The position numbers and the translations under genes are program-made. 64,000 nt of DNA from Candidatus Aldehydirespiratoraceae bacterium (lineage in GTDB: Bacteria; Actinomycetota; Acidimicrobiia; Acidimicrobiales; Aldehydirespiratoraceae), in NCBI GenBank assembly GCA_965214565.1, contig OZ243951.1, positions 1,017 to 65,016 of the forward strand, in the 5' to 3' direction. Below are positions 53,559 through 63,387 of the stretch, in pieces. Each line of letters begins with the position of its first letter. Within the stretch, counting starts at the first letter, position 1. The notes below the pieces were generated by a model. It searched no databases. It was not told where the DNA came from and saw nothing but the letters and a program-made list of their open reading frames with translations.

Positions 53559-54398
53559 ATGAGTGATTCCGTAGGACAATATCTGAACGAGATAGGCGCA
53601 GTCGGTCTGCTGAACGCGCAAGAGGAGCGCCAACTTTCGCAGATCATCGAAAAAGGCACCGAAGCCCAAGCCCGCAAGGAGGCCGGCGAGACCGGCGTAG
53701 AACTCGACAGGGCCATCCGCAAGGCAGCAGCTGCCAAAGACCGCTTCATCCGGGCGAACCTCCGTCTCGTCGTAAGCGTCGCCCGACGCTATCCGCTGCC
53801 CCCCGGCATGGAGTTGCTCGACCTGATCCAGGAGGGAAACCTCGGCCTCGAGCACGCAGTCGACAAGTTCGACTGGCGCAAGGGCTTCAAGTTCTCGACA
53901 TACGCCACCTTCTGGATCCGTCAGGCGATCGGCCGGGCGCTCGACCAGAAGGCCAGCCTGGTCCGCCTCCCCGGCGACCGCTCCGCAAGTCTGCGCGCTG
54001 CGCTGCGGGCAGTCTCCGGCGACGGCGATGAACTCGACGACGAGCACGCCCGCCTGCATCGGCTGACCACCCCAACCAGCCTCGATCGCACCATCGGCGA
54101 CGATGACTCCAACGAGCTCGTCGATCTGCTCCCCGACTCGAATCCCGGCCCCGAGGTCGAGGTCATGGCCAAGGCCGAAGAGGAGATGGTCACCGGCCTG
54201 CTCGACATTCTCGATGAACGGGCAAAGTACGCAGTCGAGCAGCGATTCGGCCTCGGCGATGGACGCAAGCGCTCGTACCGCGAGGTCGGTGAGGATCTCG
54301 GCGTCACCGCTGAAGCTGCGCGCCGCCTCGTCAAACGAGCGATCAACTCCGTTCGGGAACACGCCGCGAATAGTGTGGACGCGGTGGGTGTGGCGTAG
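53559..54398 (+). CDS. RNA polymerase sigma-70 family factor (group 2-like, lacks region 1.1)
   Basis: Region 2 (LRLVVSVARRY, LDLIQEGNLGLEHAVDKFDWRKGFKFSTYATFWIRQAI), region 3, and region 4 (SYREVGEDLGVTAEAARRLVKRA). Confidence 0.9.
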   Translation: MSDSVGQYLNEIGAVGLLNAQEERQLSQIIEKGTEAQARKEAGETGVELDRAIRKAAAAKDRFIRANLRLVVSVARRYPLPPGMELLDLIQEGNLGLEHAVDKFDWRKGFKFSTYATFWIRQAIGRALDQKASLVRLPGDRSASLRAALRAVSGDGDELDDEHARLHRLTTPTSLDRTIGDDDSNELVDLLPDSNPGPEVEVMAKAEEEMVTGLLDILDERAKYAVEQRFGLGDGRKRSYREVGEDLGVTAEAARRLVKRAINSVREHAANSVDAVGVA

Positions 54399-54418
54399 TA
54401 TCCTGTCCGTACAACCCA

Positions 54419-54468
54419 ACAACCCACTGGGGCTCTCGCCGATCGGCGGGGGTCCCGGTTGTCGTTTT
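54419..54468 (+). terminator. candidate intrinsic terminator downstream of the sigma factor gene
   Basis: ACAACC (54419-54424) pairs with GGTTGT (54457-54462), enclosing GGGGCTCTCGCC-GATC-GGCGGGGGTCCC (12 bp including G:U pairs), then CGTTTT. Confidence 0.45.
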
Positions 54469-54536
54469 GGACGGATATTGCCGGCGTTGTGCGAAATTGG
54501 GTTGAACCTTCGGGTCGACCACAGCAGACTTGTCAG

Positions 54537-55901
54537 GTGAGTAACGACTGGAACCCAAACAGTTGGCGTAACTTCCCCGCCAAGCATCAGCCTTCATGGC
54601 CTGACGACGCCGAACTCGAACAAGTCCAAAAGATCCTCGGCGACCAGCCACCCCTAGTTTTTGCAGGCGAGGCCCGCAACCTCATGGGCCAGATGGCCAA
54701 GGTCGCCGAGGGTAACGCCTTCCTGCTCCAGGCCGGAGACTGCGCCGAGTCTTTCGACAGCTCAACCGACTCGATCAGGGACAGGCTCAGGGTCATCCTG
54801 CAGATGGCCATCGTACTCACCTACTCCGGCGGAACTCCCCTGGTGAAGGTCGGCCGCATCGCGGGGCAGTTCGCCAAACCCCGCTCCAACCCGACCGAGA
54901 CTCAGGGAGACACCGAGCTGCCCTCGTTCCTCGGCCAGATCGTCAACGATGTGGGGTTCACCTCAGGCGACCGGCGTCCGGACCCCCAACGCCTCCTCAC
55001 CGCCTACCACCGGGCCGCCTCCACCCTGAACCTCCTGCGTGCCTTCACACGCGGCGGATACGCAGACCTGCAGCAGGTGTCGAGTTGGAATCGAGACTTC
55101 GTAGCCTCCTCCCCCGCAGGCGAGCGCTACGCCAGAATGGCCGACGAGATCGACCGCGCGCTGCGCTTCATGGCCGCCTGCGGGCTCGACTCCACCACCG
55201 TTCCAGCCCTTCACGAAGTCGACTTCTACACCAGCCATGAAGCCCTGCTGCTCAGCTACGAGGAAGCTCTGACCAGACGCGACTCCCTCACCGGCGACTG
55301 GTACGACTGCTCCGCGCACATGCTCTGGGTCGGCGAGAGAACCCGCGAACTCGACGGCGCGCATGTGGAGTTCCTGCGCGGCGTCGGCAATCCACTGGGA
55401 TGCAAGATCGGGCCCACGGCCACAACCGACGAAGTGCTCGGGATCTGCGAGGCTCTGAACCCCGACCGCGTGCCCGGCAAGCTCACCCTGATCAGCCGCA
55501 TGGGAGCGGACAAGATCGCGGACGGCCTACCCGCGCTGCTCGCCGCGGTGCGCGACTCAGGTCAAGTGGTCGTCTGGGCCTGCGACCCGATGCACGGCAA
55601 CACCTACACCTCCGAGGGCGGACGCAAGACCCGCCATTTCGACGATGTGCTCAGCGAGATCGGCAGCTTCTTCGCGGCTCACAGGTCCGAGGGAACCCAT
55701 CCCGGAGGAGTCCACGTCGAGTTGACCGGCGACCCGGTCACCGAGTGTCTCGGCGGATCCGACGACCTCGTCGACCAGGACCTTGACCGGGCCTACGAGA
55801 CAATGTGCGACCCCCGGCTGAACGGCCGCCAATCGATCGATCTAGCGTTCCGAGTGGCCGAACTGCTGCAATCCGACGTCACCCCGGGTCTGGGACGCTG
55901 A
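54537..55901 (+). CDS. aroG: class II 3-deoxy-7-phosphoheptulonate (DAHP) synthase
   Basis: WRNFPAKHQPSWPD...PPLVFAGEARNL...AFLLQAGDCAESF matches the class II DAHPS N-terminal pattern, with a C-terminal DPMHGNT. GTG 54537 is preferred as the start because the track start (TTG 54459) lies inside the upstream hairpin; GTG 54489 is also possible. Confidence 0.88.
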   Translation: MSNDWNPNSWRNFPAKHQPSWPDDAELEQVQKILGDQPPLVFAGEARNLMGQMAKVAEGNAFLLQAGDCAESFDSSTDSIRDRLRVILQMAIVLTYSGGTPLVKVGRIAGQFAKPRSNPTETQGDTELPSFLGQIVNDVGFTSGDRRPDPQRLLTAYHRAASTLNLLRAFTRGGYADLQQVSSWNRDFVASSPAGERYARMADEIDRALRFMAACGLDSTTVPALHEVDFYTSHEALLLSYEEALTRRDSLTGDWYDCSAHMLWVGERTRELDGAHVEFLRGVGNPLGCKIGPTATTDEVLGICEALNPDRVPGKLTLISRMGADKIADGLPALLAAVRDSGQVVVWACDPMHGNTYTSEGGRKTRHFDDVLSEIGSFFAAHRSEGTHPGGVHVELTGDPVTECLGGSDDLVDQDLDRAYETMCDPRLNGRQSIDLAFRVAELLQSDVTPGLGR

Positions 55902-55904
55902 ATG

Positions 55905-55953
55905 TCCCGCTCTAGTTCGCTGCGCTTCACTTCCCGCTCTAGTTCGCTGCGCT
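55905..55953 (+). repeat. 22-bp perfect direct repeat (27-bp period) in the aroG/VWA convergent spacer
   Basis: tcccgctctagttcgctgcgct occurs at 55905-55926 and at 55932-55953. It is followed by ggccgctcgg-type repeats up to 55990. Confidence 0.85.
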
Positions 55954-55991
55954 CACGGGGCCGCTCGGGCCACGGGCGGGCCGCTCGGCCT

Positions 55992-57488
55992 CTAGACTAG
56001 GTTCTCCACGAAACCCTCCAGCTGGCGGAGGTTCCTCACCTCGAAGGCGCCGTCACAGTGTTGGGAATACTCACTGACGATCGAGTCGCCGGTGTCCCAG
56101 TAGCTGCGCGGCTCCGGATTCAACCAGTAGACGTGACGGGCCTTGTCCTGCATTTCCTTGACGATCCAACTCTCCGCGGCGTGGTAGTTGTTCCGGGCAT
56201 CGCCGAGGATCATTATCGACGTGCGCGGCCCGATGTCTGATCCGTACTTCTGCCAGAACACGCCGAACGCGTGACCGTAGTCGGAATGTCCGTCGACCCA
56301 AACCACGTCGGCTTCGGTGTTGACACGGTGAACCGCCTCGTTGATGTCCTCAACCCCTTCGAAGTACGAGGTCACCTCGTCGAGCCCGTCGATGAACACG
56401 AATGAGCGGACCTTGGAGAACTGCCCGGAGATGGCGTAGACGAGGTGCAGCGTGAAACGGGCGAACGCGGCAACCGAGCCGGAGATGTCGGCGACGACGA
56501 AGATCTCGGGCTTGTGCGGATTCGGGTTGCGGAACTTCGGTTCGACCGGAACCCCGCCGTAGCTCAACGAAGCACGGACCGTGCGCCGGAAATCGAGGGG
56601 ACCCCTGCGTCCGTGTCGGCGCTTGCGCTGCAGACGAGCCGCCAACTTACGCGTCAGCGGGTAGATCGCTTTGCGCAGGTTCGCCATCTCCTCGCGAGAG
56701 GCGTGCATAAAATCGACGTCCTCGGGCAGGGGCTTGCGGAGCGTCTTGGCCATCGCCTCAACACCACGATCGGCCACCAACCGCCTCCTGATCTCCGCCT
56801 CTATCTCCTTTTGAAGCCGGTCGATCCGCTGCTGGTACTCGTCGCGCCAGAGCCGCTGGTCGAACTCTGAGAACTCCCCCTGAGTCTCTTGGGCCTGCTG
56901 TAGCAGACGCTGGAGCACGCCGTCGAGATCAAGGTTGCGCAGCGTCCGGTAGAGATAGTAGGTGCCCCCGACCGGCCGGCCGGGCTCCATCCCCGCGAAC
57001 CGACGAACCGCCTGGCGCGCGACCCCCTTCATCATCTGGGCATCACCGCGCATCAACGACTGGAACAGCATCTCCGCAAGTTCCTCGGGACTCAGGTTCT
57101 CGCCTGCACCACCACCACCCTGCTGGTCTCCGAGTTGAGCCTCGTCAAGTTCGTCGTCGTCTAGGTCACCGAAGTCGTCGTGGGAGCCAATGGCGTACTC
57201 CTTGCCCCGCAGGGAGAAATACACCTCGAACACCGTCTCAAAGGCCCTCCAGTGGTTGTAGTGCTTGACCAGCGTGGCGCCGAGCGCGTACTTGAAGGAC
57301 TCGCGGTCACCGATCGGCACATGCTTCACCGCTTCGAGTGCGTCGAGGTTCTCGGTGAGGCTCACCGGCAGGCCGGCGGCGCGCAGCTCAATGATGAACC
57401 CGTTGAGCAGCTCCAGGATGGCGTCACCCAACTCCAGAGGAACGGTCTGAGTTGCGCCGTTTCCCTCAGAGGCGCTGATCGCGGTCAT
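55992..57488 (-). CDS. VWA domain protein, CoxE-like
   Basis: The C-terminal VWA domain has a MIDAS-like VVADISGSV. The N-terminal helical region and the pairing with a MoxR ATPase are typical of the CoxE/COG3552 family. Confidence 0.8.
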   Translation of the reverse strand: MTAISASEGNGATQTVPLELGDAILELLNGFIIELRAAGLPVSLTENLDALEAVKHVPIGDRESFKYALGATLVKHYNHWRAFETVFEVYFSLRGKEYAIGSHDDFGDLDDDELDEAQLGDQQGGGGAGENLSPEELAEMLFQSLMRGDAQMMKGVARQAVRRFAGMEPGRPVGGTYYLYRTLRNLDLDGVLQRLLQQAQETQGEFSEFDQRLWRDEYQQRIDRLQKEIEAEIRRRLVADRGVEAMAKTLRKPLPEDVDFMHASREEMANLRKAIYPLTRKLAARLQRKRRHGRRGPLDFRRTVRASLSYGGVPVEPKFRNPNPHKPEIFVVADISGSVAAFARFTLHLVYAISGQFSKVRSFVFIDGLDEVTSYFEGVEDINEAVHRVNTEADVVWVDGHSDYGHAFGVFWQKYGSDIGPRTSIMILGDARNNYHAAESWIVKEMQDKARHVYWLNPEPRSYWDTGDSIVSEYSQHCDGAFEVRNLRQLEGFVENLV

Positions 57489-57495
57489 CGCAGAA

Positions 57496-58377
57496 TCAGA
57501 CGCTCACACCGTCGGCAGTCACCAGCTCCTTTGCGACCTTCTTTATGTCGCTCTGGTACTTCAACAAGATGTTGAGCGTGTCGCTAGCAGTCTGCTCCTC
57601 GATCTTCTCGACCCCGAGCAGCACCAGCGTGCGGGCCCAGTCGATCGTCTCAGACACCGACGGCGCCTTCTTCAACTCGATCTGACGTATCGAACGCACG
57701 ACCCGGGCGACCTGATCGGCCAGATTCTCGGTGATCTCAGGGACCTTCGTGAGCACGATCTCCTTCTCGCGCTCCAAGTCGGGATAATCGACGTGAAGGT
57801 ACAGACAACGCCGCTTCAAAGCCTCAGAAAGCTCACGGGTGTTGTTGGAGGTTAAGAACACCAGCGGAATCTGGGAGGCCTCGATGGTGCCGAGTTCCGG
57901 GATCGAGACCTGATAGTCCGAGAGGATCTCAAGCAGCAGAGCCTCGGTCTCGACCTCGACACGGTCGACCTCGTCGATCAGCAGCACGACGGGATCGGTC
58001 GCGCTGATCGCCTCGAGTAGCGGCCTTGTCAGCAGGAACTCGTCGGAGAAGATGTCGTCTGACAGGCCGTCCCAGTCATGGCCGCCACTTCCGTCGCTCT
58101 GAATCCTCAGGAGCTGCTTCTTGTAGTTCCACTCGTACAGGGCCTTGGCTTCGTCGAGCCCTTCGTAACACTGCAAACGGATCAACCGGGCGCCAAGCAC
58201 CTCCGAAACGCTCTTTGCCAGCTGCGTCTTGCCGGTACCTGCAGGTCCCTCCACCATGACCGGTTTCTGCAACCGGTCCGCAAGGTAGACCACACCGGCA
58301 ATGCCCTCGTCGGACAGATAGTCGACCTGCTGCAGGCCTTCCTTGAGAGAGGCGACGTCCTTGAAACGAAATGACAT
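57496..58377 (-). CDS. MoxR-family AAA+ ATPase (CoxD-like)
   Basis: Walker A GPAGTGKT and Walker B LLIDEVDR. The length (293 aa) and motifs are typical of MoxR/CoxD. Confidence 0.88.
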   Translation of the reverse strand: MSFRFKDVASLKEGLQQVDYLSDEGIAGVVYLADRLQKPVMVEGPAGTGKTQLAKSVSEVLGARLIRLQCYEGLDEAKALYEWNYKKQLLRIQSDGSGGHDWDGLSDDIFSDEFLLTRPLLEAISATDPVVLLIDEVDRVEVETEALLLEILSDYQVSIPELGTIEASQIPLVFLTSNNTRELSEALKRRCLYLHVDYPDLEREKEIVLTKVPEITENLADQVARVVRSIRQIELKKAPSVSETIDWARTLVLLGVEKIEEQTASDTLNILLKYQSDIKKVAKELVTADGVSV

Positions 58378-58426
58378 AGAGGATCAAGGTTAGCGGCCGT
58401 TAACCCCGGTACCCGTATCGCTGTCA

Positions 58427-58464
58427 CCCGCTCTTGTTAGCTACGCTCACCGGCCGCCGGGCCC
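58427..58464 (+). repeat. third copy of the 55.9-kb spacer repeat, between proA and the MoxR gene
   Basis: cccgctcttgttagctacgctcaccggccgccgggcc compared with cccgctctagttcgctgcgctcacggggccgctcgggcc (55933-55971). Same orientation; about 34 of 39 positions match by eye, allowing two small gaps. Confidence 0.6.
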
Positions 58465-58470
58465 GGTCTG

Positions 58471-59748
58471 TCAAGGCCGGACGTGGCCCTCGCCGCGGAC
58501 CACGTACTTGCAGGTGGTGAGCTGCTCTAGCCCCATTGGGCCGCGAGCATGGAGCTTCTGGGTCGAAATCCCGATCTCGGCACCGAATCCAAACTCCTCA
58601 CCGTCGACGAAGCGGGTCGATGCGTTGACCAGAACCGCCGCCGCGTCGACCTCGCGGGTGAAACGGTCCGCGGCGCGGACATCGTTGGTGACAATCGCTT
58701 CGCTGTGCCCAGTCGAAGTCTCAGACACATGGGCGATCGCCTCGTCGAGATCGCCGACCACCTTGACGCTCATCTTCATGTCGAGGTATTCGGTCTCGAA
58801 GTCCGCCGGCCCGGCGGCAGCGATCGACGGAGAGATCCGGCACGATTCCTCGTCACCCACCAACTCGACCCCCTCGAGCGCGACCACCATCCTCGTAAGG
58901 AACTCCGCAGCGACATCGCGGTGAACGACAAGGGACTCCGCGGCGTTGCAAACCCCGGTTCGCTGGGTCTTGGCGTTGACGAGGATCTCGATAGCCATGT
59001 CGAGATCGGCCGCAGCGTCAACATAGATATGGCAGTTGCCGGCCCCGTCGATGACATAGGGAACCGTGGCGTTGTCGAGGATCGACTGGATCAACGACGG
59101 ACCCCCGCGGGGGATCAGACAGTCGACGTAATCGTTCTGCTGCATGAACTCCACAGCGGCCTCACGACGCGTGTCGTCGACCACCACCAGGGCGTCGGCA
59201 GGAAGCCCCGCCTTGGTGAGTGCCTTACGCAACACGGCCGACACCGCCAGATTCGAATTGATCGCAGACGACGATCCACGCAGGAACGCGGCGTTTCCAG
59301 ACTTGAGACAGAGACCGAAGGCGTCGCTGGTTACGTTGGGACGGCTCTCGTAGATGATCGCCACAACACCGAGCGGCACATGCACCCGTTCAATGCGCAG
59401 CCCGTTGGGGCGCACCCAGCCGTCGCTGATCCGGAAAACAGGATCAGCTAGAGACGCAACCTTCCGAAGGCCGTTGGCCATCGCTTCAATGCGCGAATGA
59501 TCAAGCCGCAGCCGATCGACAAGCGGCTCTGCCATCCCCGCGCTGATCGCCTCTGCCACATCCACAGCGTTGGCCTCCAACACCGACTCCGCATTCGCCA
59601 TTAGCAGGTCGGCCCCGGCATGCAGGACGGCGTCCTTCTCTTCGGTGCTGGCAACGGCCACCGCGCGTGATGCGATCTTGGCGCGCGCCGCGAGCTGTGG
59701 TATGGGAGTGCTTCGACCGGCCACGGTCTCAGCGTACCGGGTCGGCAC
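58471..59748 (-). CDS. proA: glutamate-5-semialdehyde dehydrogenase (gamma-glutamyl phosphate reductase)
   Basis: ALDH-like fold with IYESRPNV, the CNAAESLVVH catalytic Cys context and VNASTRF. 425 aa. Confidence 0.93.
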   Translation of the reverse strand: MPTRYAETVAGRSTPIPQLAARAKIASRAVAVASTEEKDAVLHAGADLLMANAESVLEANAVDVAEAISAGMAEPLVDRLRLDHSRIEAMANGLRKVASLADPVFRISDGWVRPNGLRIERVHVPLGVVAIIYESRPNVTSDAFGLCLKSGNAAFLRGSSSAINSNLAVSAVLRKALTKAGLPADALVVVDDTRREAAVEFMQQNDYVDCLIPRGGPSLIQSILDNATVPYVIDGAGNCHIYVDAAADLDMAIEILVNAKTQRTGVCNAAESLVVHRDVAAEFLTRMVVALEGVELVGDEESCRISPSIAAAGPADFETEYLDMKMSVKVVGDLDEAIAHVSETSTGHSEAIVTNDVRAADRFTREVDAAAVLVNASTRFVDGEEFGFGAEIGISTQKLHARGPMGLEQLTTCKYVVRGEGHVRP

Positions 59749-59801
59749 AGTAGTCTTGACCGAAGTCGAGGCAGTTCAATCGGTGAAAGGGACCAACGGG
59801 A

Positions 59802-61445
59802 GTGTCGGCACCGAAACGAAACGGGTCTGTACTAGTCGCTCTGGGGATCGGCATTTCACGGGCGTCGGGCCTGCTACGCGAACTGGTCGCGAGCCGGGTG
59901 TTCGGCCTCGGACTCGCCGCCGACGCCTTCTCGGCCGCTTCGCAGATCCCCAACCTGCTGCAGAACCTGCTCGGAGAGGGCGTCCTATCGGCATCGTTCG
60001 TGCCCGTCTACAGCAAGCTCCTCGACGACGAGGATCCCAAGGAGTCCAGCCGTGTCGCAGGGGCGGTCGGGGCGCTGCTTCTGGCGATTACAGGCATCTG
60101 CGTGGGGATCTTCGTCCTTGCTGCCCGGCCGATTACATCGGTGCTGGCATTCGGTCTCAGCGGCGAGAAGTTCGAAATCGTCGTCGACCTGGTCCAGATC
60201 ATGGCCCTGGGCACGGGCTTCCTAGTCATGTCGGCATGGTGCCTCGGCGTGCTCAACAGCCATCGTCGCTTCTTTCTCCCCTATGCTGCGCCGGTCATCT
60301 GGAATGCCAGCCAGATCGTCGCCCTCTACCTGATGTGGGCCCGGGACTGGGACCTCGTCGATGCCGCGAGGGGCCTGGCACTGGCGGTCACCATCGGTGG
60401 ACTGCTGCAACTTCTGATCCAATTGCCGACCGTCCTGCGCCTGGCCTCCGGCATCAGGTTTCGACCCGACCGGCGAGACCCGTCCGTGCTGGAGATTCGA
60501 CGACGCTTCGTGCCTGCGCTGCTCGGGCGCGGTGTCGTGCAGTTGTCGGCATACCTGGACCTTATGCTGGCCACCCTGCTGGCGACCGGCGCGATCGCCG
60601 CGTTGATCAAGGCGCAACTGTTGTACACGCTGCCCGTGAGCCTCTTCGCGATGAGTGTGGCTGCAGCGGAACTCCCGGAACTGTCACGATTAGTCGGGGA
60701 CCCGCTGAGACTGGCCTCCCGCTCCGAGCGGGGGCTCCGACGGATCGCCTTCTGGATGCTCATGGCATCGATGGTGTCGATAGTGGCCGGTGACCTGATT
60801 ATCCGGGTTCTGTTCGAAGGTGGCGAATTCAGCGAGACCGACGCGGTCCTGGTATGGCTCGTGCTCGGTGCCTACGCAATAGGACTGCCCGCAATCGGTG
60901 CCAGCCGACTACTCCAGAACACCTGCTACGCCGTTGGCGACACCCGGGGGCCAGCTCGTATTGCAGGGCTTCGAGTGGCCGTCTCAGCGGCCGTTGCGCT
61001 GCTCATCATGTTCTCGTTGGACCGCGTGATCGTCACAACAGGCGGATTGACAACGAACGGTGACTGGATCTCCTCGGGCCCCTTGGCCGAGAGTCTGCGT
61101 GCGGTAGAAGGTCCCGTCCGCCTCGGCGCAGTCGGCCTGTCCGCCGCTTCTGCGGTCGGTGCCTGGGTCGAACTGCTGTTTCTGTCGGTTCGGTCCCGCC
61201 GCCATCTGCCCCGCATGACCAGCCCAGTGCGAACACTCGGCCGGCCAGCAGCAGCCGCGGCCGGAGCCTTCGTGCTCGCAGGCACGACCAGGCTGGTGCT
61301 CCCGGACCTTCCGCTGCTGATCACCGCTGCGGTGGTCGTCGGCGTGGCGGGGGTCGGCTACGTGGCCGTCGCCTCCCGCATCGGCGTGGAAGAAACCCAG
61401 CAGCTGTTGGGCCCGGTCCAAAAGGCGTTCTCGCGCTCACGCTGA
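59802..61445 (+). CDS. murJ: lipid II flippase MurJ (MviN)
   Basis: SRASGLLRELVASRVFG, ADAFSAASQIPNLLQNLLGEGVLSASFVPV, and about 14 TM segments. GTG start preceded by GGGAG. Confidence 0.88.
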   Translation: MSAPKRNGSVLVALGIGISRASGLLRELVASRVFGLGLAADAFSAASQIPNLLQNLLGEGVLSASFVPVYSKLLDDEDPKESSRVAGAVGALLLAITGICVGIFVLAARPITSVLAFGLSGEKFEIVVDLVQIMALGTGFLVMSAWCLGVLNSHRRFFLPYAAPVIWNASQIVALYLMWARDWDLVDAARGLALAVTIGGLLQLLIQLPTVLRLASGIRFRPDRRDPSVLEIRRRFVPALLGRGVVQLSAYLDLMLATLLATGAIAALIKAQLLYTLPVSLFAMSVAAAELPELSRLVGDPLRLASRSERGLRRIAFWMLMASMVSIVAGDLIIRVLFEGGEFSETDAVLVWLVLGAYAIGLPAIGASRLLQNTCYAVGDTRGPARIAGLRVAVSAAVALLIMFSLDRVIVTTGGLTTNGDWISSGPLAESLRAVEGPVRLGAVGLSAASAVGAWVELLFLSVRSRRHLPRMTSPVRTLGRPAAAAAGAFVLAGTTRLVLPDLPLLITAAVVVGVAGVGYVAVASRIGVEETQQLLGPVQKAFSRSR

Positions 61446-61477
61446 CTAGTGGCACCGCCAACCACTACGATTGAACC

Positions 61478-62254
61478 ATGCTCCAGTACCTGAAGAAGCG
61501 TTGGAACTACTTCATCGCCAGATCGAACCAGAATTTCGAGGAGTCCGCCGACCCTAAAGTCCAGCTGGAACAGGCCATCAACGAGGCCAAAGACCAGCAC
61601 AATCGGCTCCGCGGGCAAGCGGCCAACGTCATCGCCAACCAGAAGCAGACCGAGCTTCGACTCAACCGCGCCATCGAGGAACTCGAGCGCTACAGCGGCA
61701 ACGCCCGACAGGCCGTCAAGATGGCCGACGAAGCCACCCGCTCCGGACACGCCGAGAACCTGGAGCGCTACACAGACGCGGCCGAACACTTCGCCAACCG
61801 GATCGTGATCCTCGAAGAAGAGATCGAGAGCCTCAAGGGCCTCTACTTCCAAGCCTCAGACGCAGCTGACCAGGCCAAGGCTGCCGTCGAGCAGAACGCC
61901 GGACTGCTCCAGAAGAAGCTCGGGCAGCGCCAAGCACTGTTGAGCCAACTCGACCAGGCCAAGATGCAGGAGACCGTCAACGCCGCCATGAGCACCCTGT
62001 CAGAGGCGGTCGGGGAGGACGTCCCTACCTTCGACCAGGTACGCGACAAGATCGAGGCCCGCTACGCACGGGCCAAGGCGACAGCAGAACTCACCGAGAG
62101 CCATGTCGAGACACAGGTCTACGAGGTCGAGAAGGCCGCTCGCAAGATCGAGGCCCAGTCACGGCTCGAGATGATCCGCTCCAACCTCGGAATCGACACC
62201 CCCGGAACCGCAGAGGCAATCACCGAGACCAGCGGCGATCCAGGCACTCCCTAA
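61478..62254 (+). CDS. pspA: PspA/IM30 family protein
   Basis: DPKVQLEQAINEAKDQHNRLRGQAANVIANQK and a long coiled-coil profile. 258 aa. Confidence 0.82.
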   Translation: MLQYLKKRWNYFIARSNQNFEESADPKVQLEQAINEAKDQHNRLRGQAANVIANQKQTELRLNRAIEELERYSGNARQAVKMADEATRSGHAENLERYTDAAEHFANRIVILEEEIESLKGLYFQASDAADQAKAAVEQNAGLLQKKLGQRQALLSQLDQAKMQETVNAAMSTLSEAVGEDVPTFDQVRDKIEARYARAKATAELTESHVETQVYEVEKAARKIEAQSRLEMIRSNLGIDTPGTAEAITETSGDPGTP

Positions 62255-62264
62255 CCGACACCAG

Positions 62265-63371
62265 TCAGGCAGGGACCGTCACAAGGTCGTCTGCGTGGAT
62301 GACCAGATGCAGCGCCCCCGCAGGCAGATCCTCACTCCGGCGACCCGCAACCGCGCGCAGATCGTCAGAACCATGACGAGTCAACCCCTTGGCGAAGACC
62401 ACCGCACCGTCGTCGACCACCTCAACCGGAGCACCCGCAGCAAACGAACCGTCGACCCCGCGCACACCCGCCGCCAGCAGCGACTTGCCCCGTTCCAGCG
62501 CCCTGCGAGCCCCAGCGTCGACGGCGACAGTTCCCTGCGCGCCGACAGCGAAGGCGATCCAAAGTTTCCTCGCGGGCAGGCGGCTCTCGCGGGCGTGCAC
62601 CATAGTGCCGCTACCGGCCACACCGTTCACTGCGTCGCGCAACACCGAATCACGGTCCGCGTCCGCGATCACCGAAGACACGCCCGACCAGGCTGCGATC
62701 TTGGCCGCATTTAGCTTCGAGGCCATACCACCGCTACCCCGGGCGGAACCGGCACCACCGACAACGGCCTCGGTCTGATGGTCGATGCCCACGATCTCTG
62801 AGATCAGCGAAGCTTCAGAGTCGATGCGCGGATCCGCCGTGAGCACACCGGCCGTGTCTGTCAGCAGCACCAGGCGGACGGCGTCGACCAGGTTGGCGAC
62901 CAGAGCCGCTATCCGGTCGTTGTCGCCGAACCGGATCTCGTCATCGGCAATGGCGTCGTTCTCATTCACCACCGGGACCACACCGAGTTCGAGCAGGCGC
63001 TCAAGAGTCTGACGGGCATGCAGGTACTGGGAGCGCACGATGAAGTCGAGCGGTATCAACAGAACCTGGCCGGCTATTAGACCGTGCGCGGCGAACTCCT
63101 CGCGGTAGACAGCCATCAGCGCACTCTGTCCAACCGTGGCCACCGCCTGCAGCGTGCGGATGTCCCTGGGTCGCTTACCGCCACCCAAACCCAGCTCGGG
63201 CAGGCCTGCGGCAATAGCTCCCGAGGTCACCACGACCACCTGGTATCCGTCAGCGCGCAGCTCAGCGACTTCGGCGCACAGCTTGGCGATACGCGACCGC
63301 TGCACGACCCCGTCGTTGTCGGTGATAGACGATGTCCCGATCTTCACCACGACCGTTCTGTTGGTGCTCAT
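62265..63371 (-). CDS. proB: glutamate 5-kinase
   Basis: VVVKIGTSSITD N-terminus, an AAK fold, and a C-terminal PUA domain. Start set at ATG 63371; a TTG at 63410 would overlap obg. Confidence 0.92.
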   Translation of the reverse strand: MSTNRTVVVKIGTSSITDNDGVVQRSRIAKLCAEVAELRADGYQVVVVTSGAIAAGLPELGLGGGKRPRDIRTLQAVATVGQSALMAVYREEFAAHGLIAGQVLLIPLDFIVRSQYLHARQTLERLLELGVVPVVNENDAIADDEIRFGDNDRIAALVANLVDAVRLVLLTDTAGVLTADPRIDSEASLISEIVGIDHQTEAVVGGAGSARGSGGMASKLNAAKIAAWSGVSSVIADADRDSVLRDAVNGVAGSGTMVHARESRLPARKLWIAFAVGAQGTVAVDAGARRALERGKSLLAAGVRGVDGSFAAGAPVEVVDDGAVVFAKGLTRHGSDDLRAVAGRRSEDLPAGALHLVIHADDLVTVPA

Positions 63372-63387
63372 GTGTCTGTGTTGGCGC

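Noticed and set aside
53550-54587. 345-aa minus-strand ORF overlapping the sigma factor gene.
   Set aside because: The plus-strand frame has unmistakable sigma-70 regions 2-4. The minus-strand translation has no motifs.
59570-60793. 407-aa plus-strand ORF overlapping the proA 5' end and murJ in another frame.
   Set aside because: It is an Arg/Pro/Gly-rich translation. The MurJ frame (59802-61445) has the conserved MviN N-terminal motifs and TM periodicity.
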